Shown here: positions 31,901-41,449 of the stretch, in pieces | How the letters are laid out: each line of letters starts with the position of its first letter | Position numbering within the stretch: the first letter of the stretch is position 1 | NCBI GenBank assembly: GCA_963700635.1 | Contig: CAVOYH010000004.1 | Location: 224,001 to 288,000 of the forward strand | Length of the DNA stretch: 64,000 nt | Reading direction: 5' to 3' | DNA from: an uncultured Bacteroidota bacterium | Lineage (GTDB): Bacteria; Bacteroidota; Ignavibacteria; UBA10030; UBA6906 | Notes under the pieces: model-generated | What the model saw: the letters and a program-made list of their open reading frames with translations, nothing else | Told to the model about the DNA's origin: nothing | The model's database searches: none | Translations under genes and position numbers: made by a program

Positions 31901-33589
31901 CAGAAGCAGGGCCCGTGACATTCAGCGGCAGGGTCCGGCACGCTTCGAGGAGCCCTTTCAGCGTGTATTCGATCGGCGCAGCATTGTTGGGCACCTTGAA
32001 GACCAGCCGGCTCGGCCCCGCGATCTGCGACGGCACCGGCGGGTCGGGCGGATTCTCGTCAGAAGACTTTCCCTTATCCGGATCGGGAGGCTTACCCGGT
32101 GGATTCGTGACAGGGAAGTTCTTGTTGTCCGTTTCGAAATACGCTTTCTCGATGATATGCTGCGGGGGAAAATGTGCGATCAGGAACGCGGGCTTCGAGG
32201 AGTCGTCTTTCACCAGCACCTTCACCCCGCTGCCGCTTGTTTTCATGTTGCGGAATTCAAAATCGATCCGTACAAAATCATCCGGACGGATGACCGATAC
32301 AACCGAGTTCAACGAGAGCGCATTGATGGGCGCGATCTGACCGATCTGCATCCCTGTATTCGTTTTCTTGACCTCCTGACCGGCGTCCAGCGAAATCGTC
32401 TGGGCTGACCGGAGAGGAGACGCATCCGTAATCGCATCGGGCAGGGGCAGCAGGGTCCTGCGGATCGACGGCGTGCACCGGAGCGCGAGATCGTCTGCCG
32501 TGTGCCAGACACACTCGAAGGGGGTCCGGGCCACATCCCCGGCAACCTCGACTCCGACCTCGCCATTGGACAGCCATACCGGCTGCTGCGCCAGCGTGGC
32601 GAAGACGGAGTGCTCAATGGTCCTATTGTCGATACCCACAGCGTACTGTGGGAACGAGAGTGGCAACGTTCCGGTAAATCCCGGCGCCGGATGCGATAAA
32701 GAAGCCCACAGCAGCGAATGATCTGCAGCCTGACCGGCAACGATCGCCTGGCGAATCCCACCCCGGGCCGGAGCCGCACATTCGATCTGAATGACGTCGA
32801 AGGACGCCGGGCCGGTAAGGAAGGTCACTGCCGAGCGACCATACACCGAGGGCTGCACCGACCAGGGACCGTCACCCCGGCGCAGCGTGAGGATCGTGCG
32901 CGAGCGTGTGGGTGCCTTCAAGAAGCTGCCGTCTGCATTGCCAGCAAGACGGATCCCGGCCAATGGCGACATGGTGCGCATGCCGGGTGCAACAAGTTCT
33001 GCGAGCGCGCGGCCATCACAGTCGAAGGACCAGCGTGGAGTGAACAGGGCAGAGAAGGATCCGTTGAGTTGGAGGGCGCTGGACTGACACGCGAACGCGC
33101 GGACATTGTCAAAGGCGCCTGTAAGGCGGAGAGGTTCAAGATCTGCTAGCCAGCGTTCGAAGCCCGCTTCACCGTCGCTTGAACCAAGAGCGAACTGCAT
33201 ACGGAGGGTGGAACCGAAAAGCGCAGGGGTGATAGTGGCATGTACGTCGGCCGGCAACTCCGTGCCGGGGAAGAGCGCTCCGGTAAGCAGGACGTGTACG
33301 ACGCCATCCTTCCGCTCGTACTCCAGGCGCGGGGCACCTGCAAACATCCGGACGTCAATGACCCAACGGTTCTTCGAACCCAGCCGGAAAGTGACACGAC
33401 CACGCTCGGCGCGTACTTCGTATCGATCAAGAAGAAGTGCGCTGGCATTCTTCAACCCGGGTGTAGTCACCACCGCAGCAGAACCCGCCATGCCAAGCCA
33501 GGCCCGACGCGGAGAGACTCGGTAGCGGACTTCAGCCCTGATGCGGAGCGAAGGGCCGGGATGTTTAGGCAGGAAGTGTTCACGCGCAT
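28911..33589 (-). CDS. Giant hypothetical protein, about 1560 aa, with probable Tat signal and beta-rich C-terminus (operon gene B; 1-nt frameshift near 33512)
   Basis: Long ORF. The RBS-preceded ATG at 33589 is one base out of frame; restoring the base gives ESLSRRAWLGMAGSAAVV. The C-terminus is Gly/aromatic beta-strand rich and DUF6603-like. Confidence 0.78.
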
Positions 33590-33606
33590 CTCCCTCTACT
33601 GGTTGG

Positions 33607-34530
33607 TCAGGGTGTTTCGGAACAGGACCGGAGCAATTCCTGCAGCACATCGATCTGCAAGCCAACGGGCTTCTCGGCGAGCTTCACGATCAAAGGAACG
33701 GTCGGCTTCGGGGGCTGATAGGTGAACTCCCAAACTTCGCTTCGCCCTACCAATTGATCGAATGTGTACACAACGACCATCCACGCGTATCGGTGACCGA
33801 TCTGCAGGGCGCGTGCGTGGGGCGGATATTGGAGGACGGAGGTCCGGAGATTCTCTGCTTCGAACCATGCGAGATTCCGTTGCATCGCTGCCTGTGCGGG
33901 CTGACGACCGAGGATCTCCACGATCCGCAGGCGGTACTCCATCCGGACATCCGGACGCCCCGCACCACCCCAGATCCATGTGAAGACGGGCAAAGGCTCT
34001 TCCAGGAGTGATTCATTCACCGGGGTAAGTAGGATCGGAGCAACCGTATTCTCCACACGCTGGTCAGCACAGTCCGTTCCAAGGGAACCGCCCGCTGCTG
34101 CAGAGACAGCGCTTACGTCCACACAGATCGTGTAGTCGCCCGAAGGGAATTCTCCCGTACCGGTGACGGCATCACGGTACCGGCTGATGCGATACTGAGT
34201 CTGGACCGGCGAAAGCTGGTTTGCTGTTGCCGCCGTGAAGCTCTTCATTCCCGGTGGGAGCGAAAAGGCCGACGAGGTTGCCGTAAGGACTAGTCCATCG
34301 TTGCCGTTCACACGTACTGTCGAAATGATGCGGACAGTGAAGGTGGTGCGTGTGGGGTTGAGAAGATCAACTTCCCAGAGGTCGGAATAGCGCAGCTGAT
34401 TGGGGGGAGGCTGGCGCAACCGGACCGTCACGGTCTGCTGCGCCTGCAGGGTTCCGGTTGTGGCGGCGAAGATGACAATCTGAATGAGGTAGACCAGGTG
34501 CTGCCATCGACGCGACAGAGGTCGGGTCAT
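33607..34530 (-). CDS. Secreted TANFOR-like Ig/FN3 protein (operon gene A)
   Basis: Signal peptide; PPPNQL..SDLW, PSGDYTICV..C, PILLTP, PVFTW, YRLRIVEI and LQIGHRYAWMV match the pattern of Bacteroidota TANFOR-type N-termini. Confidence 0.65.
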   Translation of the reverse strand: MTRPLSRRWQHLVYLIQIVIFAATTGTLQAQQTVTVRLRQPPPNQLRYSDLWEVDLLNPTRTTFTVRIISTVRVNGNDGLVLTATSSAFSLPPGMKSFTAATANQLSPVQTQYRISRYRDAVTGTGEFPSGDYTICVDVSAVSAAAGGSLGTDCADQRVENTVAPILLTPVNESLLEEPLPVFTWIWGGAGRPDVRMEYRLRIVEILGRQPAQAAMQRNLAWFEAENLRTSVLQYPPHARALQIGHRYAWMVVVYTFDQLVGRSEVWEFTYQPPKPTVPLIVKLAEKPVGLQIDVLQELLRSCSETP

Positions 34531-34944
34531 AGTGGATCCTCCGCGTAAAGTAGTACTACTTAAGGAACACTTTCACCAATGTCAAGTCCTCCCCATCACC
34601 CCCCTTATCGGGGTTAACTCAAGGTTTTCCGGAGACGATCGTCCGCGCCCTTTCCCTGACAGCGTGATACATCGGGATTTTATTAGCGTACACCATCACC
34701 TGGTGTTGCGGCTCTCGTTCCTCCATGGTACATTGAGCTAAGCTACCACCGCGCCCATGCCAGCCGGAATACGACGATGCCATCGAACGACCGACGCGCC
34801 GTTCAGAAAGGGACCTATGCATCCGGGTTTCCCGAACCGACCTCCATCGGAAACAATCGGGAGGCAGTGGAGGTGAAGCTGAGAATGCGAAACCGGCTAT
34901 GCTGGCGCTCCATGGGAATGCACATAGTGAGGATGACAGTGCGT

Positions 34945-36750
34945 ATGGCGAATTCGTTCATGCACAGGTGTCTGCTGGCACTCCTTCTTCCCAGCGCCGC
35001 CGCTTTTCTGCTTCCGCAGGCTCCTGCACAAACCGTGCAGTCTCCCTATCTCCTCAACCCCGGCCTGGCGATCGGATACGTTGACAGCTGCGCTCGCTTC
35101 TGGTTCACCGCATATGACTCTGTTCAGGGTGGATTCTTTATGAACATCGATCGTACGGGAAAGCTGATCAGTTCCTGGGGAACAGGGAAGAACACGCTGA
35201 ACCAATCGAGGGATGCGTACGGGTTCCTGCGAGCCTACATGCTCACCGGCAAACAGGAGTACCTTCTGTATGCGCGGCGTGCCCTGGACTTCCTTTATTC
35301 GTCGGGATGGGACAAATCCTCGGGCGGGTGGTATAACGAGATCGACCGATATGGGATACCCTCGAACCCCTCGGCGGAGAAGACTGCATATTATCAGCAC
35401 TATGCCATGCTCGGCATCGCAGCGTCTGTCGAGGTGACGGATGACAGTCTTGACCGGGCTGTTCTTGAACGGAGCCTGGTGCACACGGACGCCCATTTCT
35501 GGGATGCGCGGCCCGGTGTATTCGGGTACTTTGACCGGACCCGTGCCGACGGGACACAACCCTTGGGTAAGAGCTTCAATGCGACCGTCGATGCGGTGAC
35601 AACACACCTCCTCTCGCTCTATCTCATGACGGAGGACACGGTCTATCGGAGACGCCTGATGGACGTAGCGGACAACATGGTGAACCGGCTTGCGGCCTCG
35701 GCGGGCTCACAGGCCATCGGCTTTGTAGAGGGGTATGATACCGAATGGAACCCGGACCCCGCGAACACCATGACGATTATGGGCCATGTGCTGAAGACGG
35801 CCTGGTGTCTGGGGCGGTTGTATTCCCTGTTTCATGACCAGACGTATCTCGCTGCCGCTGAACAGCTCGTCCAATCCGTTCTCCAGAAAGGATATGATCA
35901 TCAAAATGGCGGGCCGTACAAAGACTATAACCGCATCACGGGGGCGATGCTCATGTGGGGCCAGCAGGACACTGCAAAGGCCTGGTGGCAGATGGAACAG
36001 GCGGTCACCGCCGGATTGATGCTCTACAGTCTTACCGGAAATCCGGCGTATCTGCAGATGGCAGACGAAACCCTTACCTTCTTCATGACCCATTTTGTCG
36101 ACCATGTATATGGCGAAGTGTATGAAAACAGGACGAAAGTGGGAGGCCAGATCTGGGATACGAACAAAGGGAGCAGCGGTAAGGCCGCTTACCATTCCGT
36201 GGAACTCGGCTACTACGTGTATCTGTACGGAAACCTTCTCCTGAAACGTTCTCCCGCAACCCTGTACTATGCGTTCCCCCCGGTGCAATATCCGCGGACC
36301 ATCACCCTGGCACCGATTGCTGCCGATCTCCGGATTGCCTCTGTTCTCCTCAACGGGCTGCCGTTCGGCGGTGTTGATCACTCAAACTGCACACTCTCGA
36401 TTCCACCTTTTATCGGCGGCGAGTTCGTCGTAACGTTCGAGCGTCCGCTCACAAGTGCGCAGGAATCGCAACTCGCTCAGCTTCCCGGGATGATCCACCT
36501 CGATCAGAATTACCCCAATCCTTTTAACCAGTCGACCGTCATCGGCTATCAGATATCGAAACCGGGCCATGTGCGTATCGCAGTGTACGATCTGCTCGGC
36601 AGGAAGGTGGCTGTGCTCGTGGACGAGCCAAAGACGGTGGGGAGGTATTCCGTTCATTACGACGGCGCCGCTCTGGCCTCGGGGGTGTACCTGTGTCGGT
36701 TGGAGGCGGCGGGAGCAGGGCTGAGCAGGCGGATGATTCTGACAAAGTGA
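34945..36750 (+). CDS. AGE-family (N-acylglucosamine/cellobiose 2-epimerase-like) protein with signal peptide and T9SS domain
   Basis: (alpha/alpha)6 motifs NQSR, WDKSSGGWY, GHVLKTAW, WWQMEQA and KAAYHS; QNYPNPFN. The start is uncertain (34945 or 34960). Confidence 0.85.
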   Translation: MANSFMHRCLLALLLPSAAAFLLPQAPAQTVQSPYLLNPGLAIGYVDSCARFWFTAYDSVQGGFFMNIDRTGKLISSWGTGKNTLNQSRDAYGFLRAYMLTGKQEYLLYARRALDFLYSSGWDKSSGGWYNEIDRYGIPSNPSAEKTAYYQHYAMLGIAASVEVTDDSLDRAVLERSLVHTDAHFWDARPGVFGYFDRTRADGTQPLGKSFNATVDAVTTHLLSLYLMTEDTVYRRRLMDVADNMVNRLAASAGSQAIGFVEGYDTEWNPDPANTMTIMGHVLKTAWCLGRLYSLFHDQTYLAAAEQLVQSVLQKGYDHQNGGPYKDYNRITGAMLMWGQQDTAKAWWQMEQAVTAGLMLYSLTGNPAYLQMADETLTFFMTHFVDHVYGEVYENRTKVGGQIWDTNKGSSGKAAYHSVELGYYVYLYGNLLLKRSPATLYYAFPPVQYPRTITLAPIAADLRIASVLLNGLPFGGVDHSNCTLSIPPFIGGEFVVTFERPLTSAQESQLAQLPGMIHLDQNYPNPFNQSTVIGYQISKPGHVRIAVYDLLGRKVAVLVDEPKTVGRYSVHYDGAALASGVYLCRLEAAGAGLSRRMILTK

Positions 36751-36903
36751 GCCTCACGTCACACTGCGGGGCAATCGGGGAAGTCAGGTTTCGTACAACA
36801 CCGGAGCAGTGTTCTGTGTCCGATTGCATGAATGCTCCGGCCTATTCATGATAAGCCGGGCCATGGTTTGACAGTCCGAGGTAATCACAAGGGGTGAACC
36901 CGT

Positions 36904-37332
36904 ATGCCCAGAGTCCGACTTAATCTTCCGGAGCGCTATCTTTTTACAACAGAGATAACACTTCGAGTGTCCGACATCAATTACGGCGGACATCTCGGCA
37001 ATGACGCGGTGCTTGCGCTCGCGCAAGAAGCACGGATGCGTTTCCTGAGCTCCCGTGGCTGGTCGGAACAGAATGTAGCCGGCGTCGGGATCATCATGGT
37101 CGACGCAATTGTGGTGTACCGGTCAGAAGCGTTCTACGGTGATGTGTTGACGATAGATGTCGCCGTGGAAGATCTGCAGCAGTCGGGATGTGATTTTCTT
37201 TTTCGTATGGTGAACAAGGTTTCGGGGAAAGAGGTCGCTCGCGTGAAGACGGGCATTGCTTTTTTTGACTACACAAGCCGCCGTCTGTCCCCGATGCCCG
37301 AGGCATTCCGGGCCCGATGCAGCCAGGAGTGA
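36904..37332 (+). CDS. Acyl-CoA thioesterase (4HBT/hotdog fold)
   Basis: LRVSDINYGGHLGN motif. Confidence 0.9.
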   Translation: MPRVRLNLPERYLFTTEITLRVSDINYGGHLGNDAVLALAQEARMRFLSSRGWSEQNVAGVGIIMVDAIVVYRSEAFYGDVLTIDVAVEDLQQSGCDFLFRMVNKVSGKEVARVKTGIAFFDYTSRRLSPMPEAFRARCSQE

Positions 37333-37363
37333 AATTCCTTCTTTAAAAAAGTGTGATGAAGCC

Positions 37364-37392
37364 TTGACAGCAATTCCCATCAATGGTATATT
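37364..37392 (+). promoter_or_regulatory. Strong sigma70-type promoter
   Basis: TTGACA-17nt-TATATT with an extended TG. Confidence 0.7.
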
Positions 37393-37928
37393 AAATCACT
37401 AACAACAGTACAAAGAAGGTTTTCGTGTCCCGATGGATCCCCAGACTCTGGAGATCCCGAGGGTTCTGAGGGTACCCCTGCACACTGCTCTTTTCAGAAC
37501 GATATGGAGAACATCCTGACAGCGCGCAAAGGATCTTTTGGTACAATCCTGCTCCTTTGCCTCCTCATCACCGTATCGGCATCTTCCCAGACGAACAGCC
37601 ACAACCTGTGGAAAAACCCGCAGTTTCCAGCGATTAAGAGCAAGGCCATCCCGGGTCAGCTCATTCATTTTCCCTCCCGCTGCTCGAAGGCAATTCTTCC
37701 CGCTCCATTATACCTCTTTCAGCCAACCCAGCACTATCTTGTGGCATATTTCCTCTACGGACTCGGACCCTACAAGGATGGTTTTATCCCCCGGGTTCCC
37801 CCCCCTTGTAGGAATCTATGAACGGATGGAGAAGGGGGATCTGTCCGATTTGTTTTTCTGCTTTTTCGAACAAAGGATATAGAGACATTCAGAATGCTCA
37901 ATTATTCATCAACTCCAGGGAGATATTC

Positions 37929-40900
37929 ATGAACTGCGTACAAACCCCGATTCGATTTGTCCAGTGGGCTGTCGTGCTGCTGATGCTGGCTGCCATTCCA
38001 TCGGCAGGCCTTTCCCAGTTCCTGCTTTCGCCCCAACCCGGCGACGTGTACAAGGAGTTCTCCCGGGTGATGGGTGGTGATGACTGGCGCGTGACCGACC
38101 CAAACATCAATCTCAGCGTCTATCCGGCAGCAGGCGATTTTCTCCCAAACCCCACGCTCTCCCTCTCTGTTAATGATCTGGCGGGAGCCATCCGTGCCGA
38201 GGCCGTCATCAATATCTGGAGCGGCCATATCGGAACGGTCGGAAAGAAGATCCGCTTCAACGGCAATTCCTGGATCGACATCCCCGAGTTCGGATCCGGC
38301 AATGGGATACCCGGCGGCAATGACGGATTCAACTACATAGGCGAATCAGACATGGTGATCGCTGTTCCTCTCGGACATCTTGTCCAGGGAAACAACACCT
38401 TTCAGGGAACGAATGCGGGGCAGACGGGCCCGTATGGTTTTGGCTGGGGACAGTTCGGCTGGTACAGTATCATCCTGCGGGTGTACTATGATGGAAGTAA
38501 ATCTCACTCAACCGGCTCTATTACTTCACCGACTTCCGGGGGGACGTTCGGTGAAAACCCCGTTGTAACGGCGAGTGTGAGCGGGGGAACCGACCGGGTA
38601 GACTTCCTCGCCTATTACGACGGCTACGATACCGATGGGGATGGCGTGTGGCAGGAATACCATCATGACTATGCACCAGCGGGGGGAGAATCCAACCCGA
38701 CGATCAAAAACCACGTCGGCACAGCAACCGGAGGTTCCTGGCAGGTGACGTGGAACACGCAATATGTCCCGGATCAGGGGGCCGGGAGTATCAAGATCCT
38801 TGCGCGTATCCGTAACGGAAACGGTGTCTGGTACGTCTCCCCTGAAGTTACAGGCCTGACGCTGCAACGATCTGGAAGTTATGTGAGGCTGTATAAACCA
38901 TTGGATACTCCCGAGCGGGCCTGGGCACGGGGTGATATCGGCGAAATTCGAATTCGTACAGACATCCCCGGCGGCGACAACGTCGCGAGTGCAACCGAAG
39001 CGCGGGGCTTTGTCCGTACGTGGAACGGCATTGATGGTGCACAGGAGCCGGGCGACTACAATTACAGAAGATTTAACAACTGGACCGACGGGGCGTACGG
39101 CGGAAACCACTCCTATTCATTCGATATCAGAACTCTTCCTCTCTCAGAATTACGTTCGGGCTCCAATGAATTCATTTTCTATTCCTCGAATCTTCTCCAC
39201 CACGGCATTGAAATCCTCTGGCCTGGTCCGGGGCTCATTGTCCGCTATGGTGGCGGGGCGTCTAACGTGGCGCCCAGCATCAGTGCCCATCCCTCGAACC
39301 AGTCTGTGGCCGTTGGCGGGACCGCGACCTTCAGCGTCGGAGCGACCGGCACGTCGCCGCTCTCCTATCAATGGCAGAAAAACAATTCGGATATCGGGGG
39401 CGCAACCGGTGCGAGTTACACAACACCGGCAGTTGTGGCCGGCGATAACGGGGCTACATTCCGGTGTGTCGTCACCAATCCCTATGGAGCCGCGACCAGC
39501 AATTCCGCAACGCTGACCGTCGGGACGACGACTGGCCCGTCAATCACCACGCAACCCGGTGACCAGACAGTGCAGGTCGGCCAGACGGCCACATTCTCTG
39601 TTGTGGCATCCGGAACTCCGCCGCTCTCCTATCAATGGCAGAAAAACAACGTGGATGTCGGTGGGGCGCTCAGTGCCTCCTACACGACTCCGGCGACCAC
39701 CATGGCTGACAGCGGGGCGCTCTTCCGTTGCGTGGTCACGAACACGTCCGGGAGCACGAACAGTAACGCCGCGCGTCTTACCGTTATTGGTTCGACATCA
39801 CCGGTGATCACCCGGAACCCGGTCGATCAACTCGTCGGTGTCGGGCAACCTGCTACGTTTACGGTCGGAGCATCCGGGGCCGGACAGCTCACATATCAAT
39901 GGCAAAAGAACAGCGCGGATATCAACGGGGCAACAGGCGTTTCGTACACGACGCCGGCTACCGCGCCTGCGGATAGCGGATCATTATACCGTTGTGTTGT
40001 CACCAACTCCTTCGGCAGTGCAAACAGCACCAATGGAATGCTGAAAGTCACGACCGGTTCAGTCTCTCTGCTTTCAAATTCCGGTTTTGAACAGGGGACG
40101 GATTCCTGGGCCTTTTTCACGAACGGTGCCGGCGTGTATAGTGTGGTACCCGCGGGGCCGAATAACCCTCATGCGGCACGTATCTCCATAAGCCAGGAAG
40201 GCAGCAACGTCCAGCTCTATCAGTCCGGTCTCACCCTCGAAGCGGGCGCGGAATATCTGTTTTTCTTCCGGGGGTACAGTTCGTCAGGACATGACGTCTC
40301 CGCGAGCGTCCAGAAACACGGGACGCCATTTTCCTCCTACGGTCTCCCGGGTCAGGTGTTTAACCTGGATACGGCATGGAAGGATTTGTCCACGCAGTTT
40401 ACTGCATCCGGATTCACCGGTGTGGCGACGGATGCGCGTGTGATGTTCTACCTGGCGCCGTATGATTCAGCGAGTGACAACTTCTATTTCGATGATATCG
40501 TCCTGACCAAGCTGAGCAGTGTTGCGCCGCCGGGTTTTACGTCCCATCCTGCCAACGTATTGGTGTCGCCGGGCATGACGACCATCTTTCGAGTAGTGGC
40601 TTCGGGAACACCTCCGTTTTCGTATCAGTGGCAGAAAAACAACGCTGATGTAGTCGGGGCGACGGGGCCAGACTATACAACACCGGTGGCCACGATTGGC
40701 GACAATGGGGCGGTCTTCAAGTGTATCGTGAAGAATCCTGTTGGTAATAGTACAAGTAACACGGCAATTCTGACTGTGTCGACGACCGGTGTCGAGGGTA
40801 CGCGCGAAATCCCGTCGTCGTTTGCATTGGATCAGAATTACCCCAATCCGTTTAATCCATCAACGACCATTCGCTACGCTCTGCCAGCCCGGTCGTTTGT

Positions 40901-41078
40901 CCTTCTTACGATTCATAACACTCTCGGGCAGCAGATCGCGACACTTGTCCAGAAGGAGCAGGACGGTGGCTTCCATGAAGTGCGCTTTGATGCGGAGGGG
41001 CTCACAAGCGGCGTCTATTTCTACAGGATGCAGGCAGGAAGTTTTGTGGAAACAAAGAAATTGTTGCTCCTGCAATAG
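37929..41078 (+). CDS. Secreted multidomain protein: unknown N-terminal domains, four Ig-like repeats, CBM4/9-like module and T9SS domain
   Basis: Signal peptide; YQWQKN Ig repeats; LSNSGFEQG carbohydrate-binding-like module; QNYPNPFNP. Confidence 0.88.
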   Translation: MNCVQTPIRFVQWAVVLLMLAAIPSAGLSQFLLSPQPGDVYKEFSRVMGGDDWRVTDPNINLSVYPAAGDFLPNPTLSLSVNDLAGAIRAEAVINIWSGHIGTVGKKIRFNGNSWIDIPEFGSGNGIPGGNDGFNYIGESDMVIAVPLGHLVQGNNTFQGTNAGQTGPYGFGWGQFGWYSIILRVYYDGSKSHSTGSITSPTSGGTFGENPVVTASVSGGTDRVDFLAYYDGYDTDGDGVWQEYHHDYAPAGGESNPTIKNHVGTATGGSWQVTWNTQYVPDQGAGSIKILARIRNGNGVWYVSPEVTGLTLQRSGSYVRLYKPLDTPERAWARGDIGEIRIRTDIPGGDNVASATEARGFVRTWNGIDGAQEPGDYNYRRFNNWTDGAYGGNHSYSFDIRTLPLSELRSGSNEFIFYSSNLLHHGIEILWPGPGLIVRYGGGASNVAPSISAHPSNQSVAVGGTATFSVGATGTSPLSYQWQKNNSDIGGATGASYTTPAVVAGDNGATFRCVVTNPYGAATSNSATLTVGTTTGPSITTQPGDQTVQVGQTATFSVVASGTPPLSYQWQKNNVDVGGALSASYTTPATTMADSGALFRCVVTNTSGSTNSNAARLTVIGSTSPVITRNPVDQLVGVGQPATFTVGASGAGQLTYQWQKNSADINGATGVSYTTPATAPADSGSLYRCVVTNSFGSANSTNGMLKVTTGSVSLLSNSGFEQGTDSWAFFTNGAGVYSVVPAGPNNPHAARISISQEGSNVQLYQSGLTLEAGAEYLFFFRGYSSSGHDVSASVQKHGTPFSSYGLPGQVFNLDTAWKDLSTQFTASGFTGVATDARVMFYLAPYDSASDNFYFDDIVLTKLSSVAPPGFTSHPANVLVSPGMTTIFRVVASGTPPFSYQWQKNNADVVGATGPDYTTPVATIGDNGAVFKCIVKNPVGNSTSNTAILTVSTTGVEGTREIPSSFALDQNYPNPFNPSTTIRYALPARSFVLLTIHNTLGQQIATLVQKEQDGGFHEVRFDAEGLTSGVYFYRMQAGSFVETKKLLLLQ
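39270..40780 (+). repeat. Four intragenic Ig-domain repeats (three tandem, one after the CBM)
   Basis: Recurring P.I...P..Q.V..G..ATF.V.A.G...YQWQKN...GA...YTTP....D.G..FRCVVTN. Confidence 0.85.
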
Positions 41079-41103
41079 ATCCTTAAGGCCGTTGGCGACA
41101 GAT

Positions 41104-41134
41104 GGCCCGGTGCGTTTGCATCGGGCCTTTTTTT
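41104..41134 (+). terminator. Intrinsic terminator
   Basis: GGCCCGGTGC-GTTT-GCATCGGGCC followed by a T-run. Confidence 0.85.
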
Positions 41135-41207
41135 AGTCCGATGCGGTAACCCTATGCTGTTCAGTCCAGACATGGGTGACGCTCTTCGACCGCCATTTCA
41201 TTTATAC

Positions 41208-41236
41208 TTGTAATCGGATAAGCTGCTTCGTATATT
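41208..41236 (+). promoter_or_regulatory. Sigma70-type promoter
   Basis: TTGTAA-17nt-TATATT, with the same TTCGTATATT context as the tRNA promoter. Confidence 0.55.
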
Positions 41237-41449
41237 TTATTCACGAACCGGCCTTGCGCTCCCACTTCATGTTGTTACTCTCATCTTCGTCCCTCGAAGA
41301 TTATCAATTCTGCTGGTATCGTAACTGTCCTTTGTCCTGCGGCAATCTCTTGCCTACACTCGGAAGTACTTTCGCAATGATCCCGATCTGACCGGTGGGA
41401 TGGCCTGAGATTGTCGTCCGCCTTCCATCTATAACCTGCGGAGGTTTCA

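Noticed and set aside
22749-34530. Interpreting the giant-protein operon as a prophage, eCIS or T6SS locus
   Set aside because: No sheath, tube, baseplate, VgrG/PAAR, terminase or ATPase motifs are present in or near it.
34560-34586. Minus-strand promoter for the four-gene operon
   Set aside because: TTGACA is present, but the -10 at 17 nt spacing (TTAAGT) is too weak to list as a feature.
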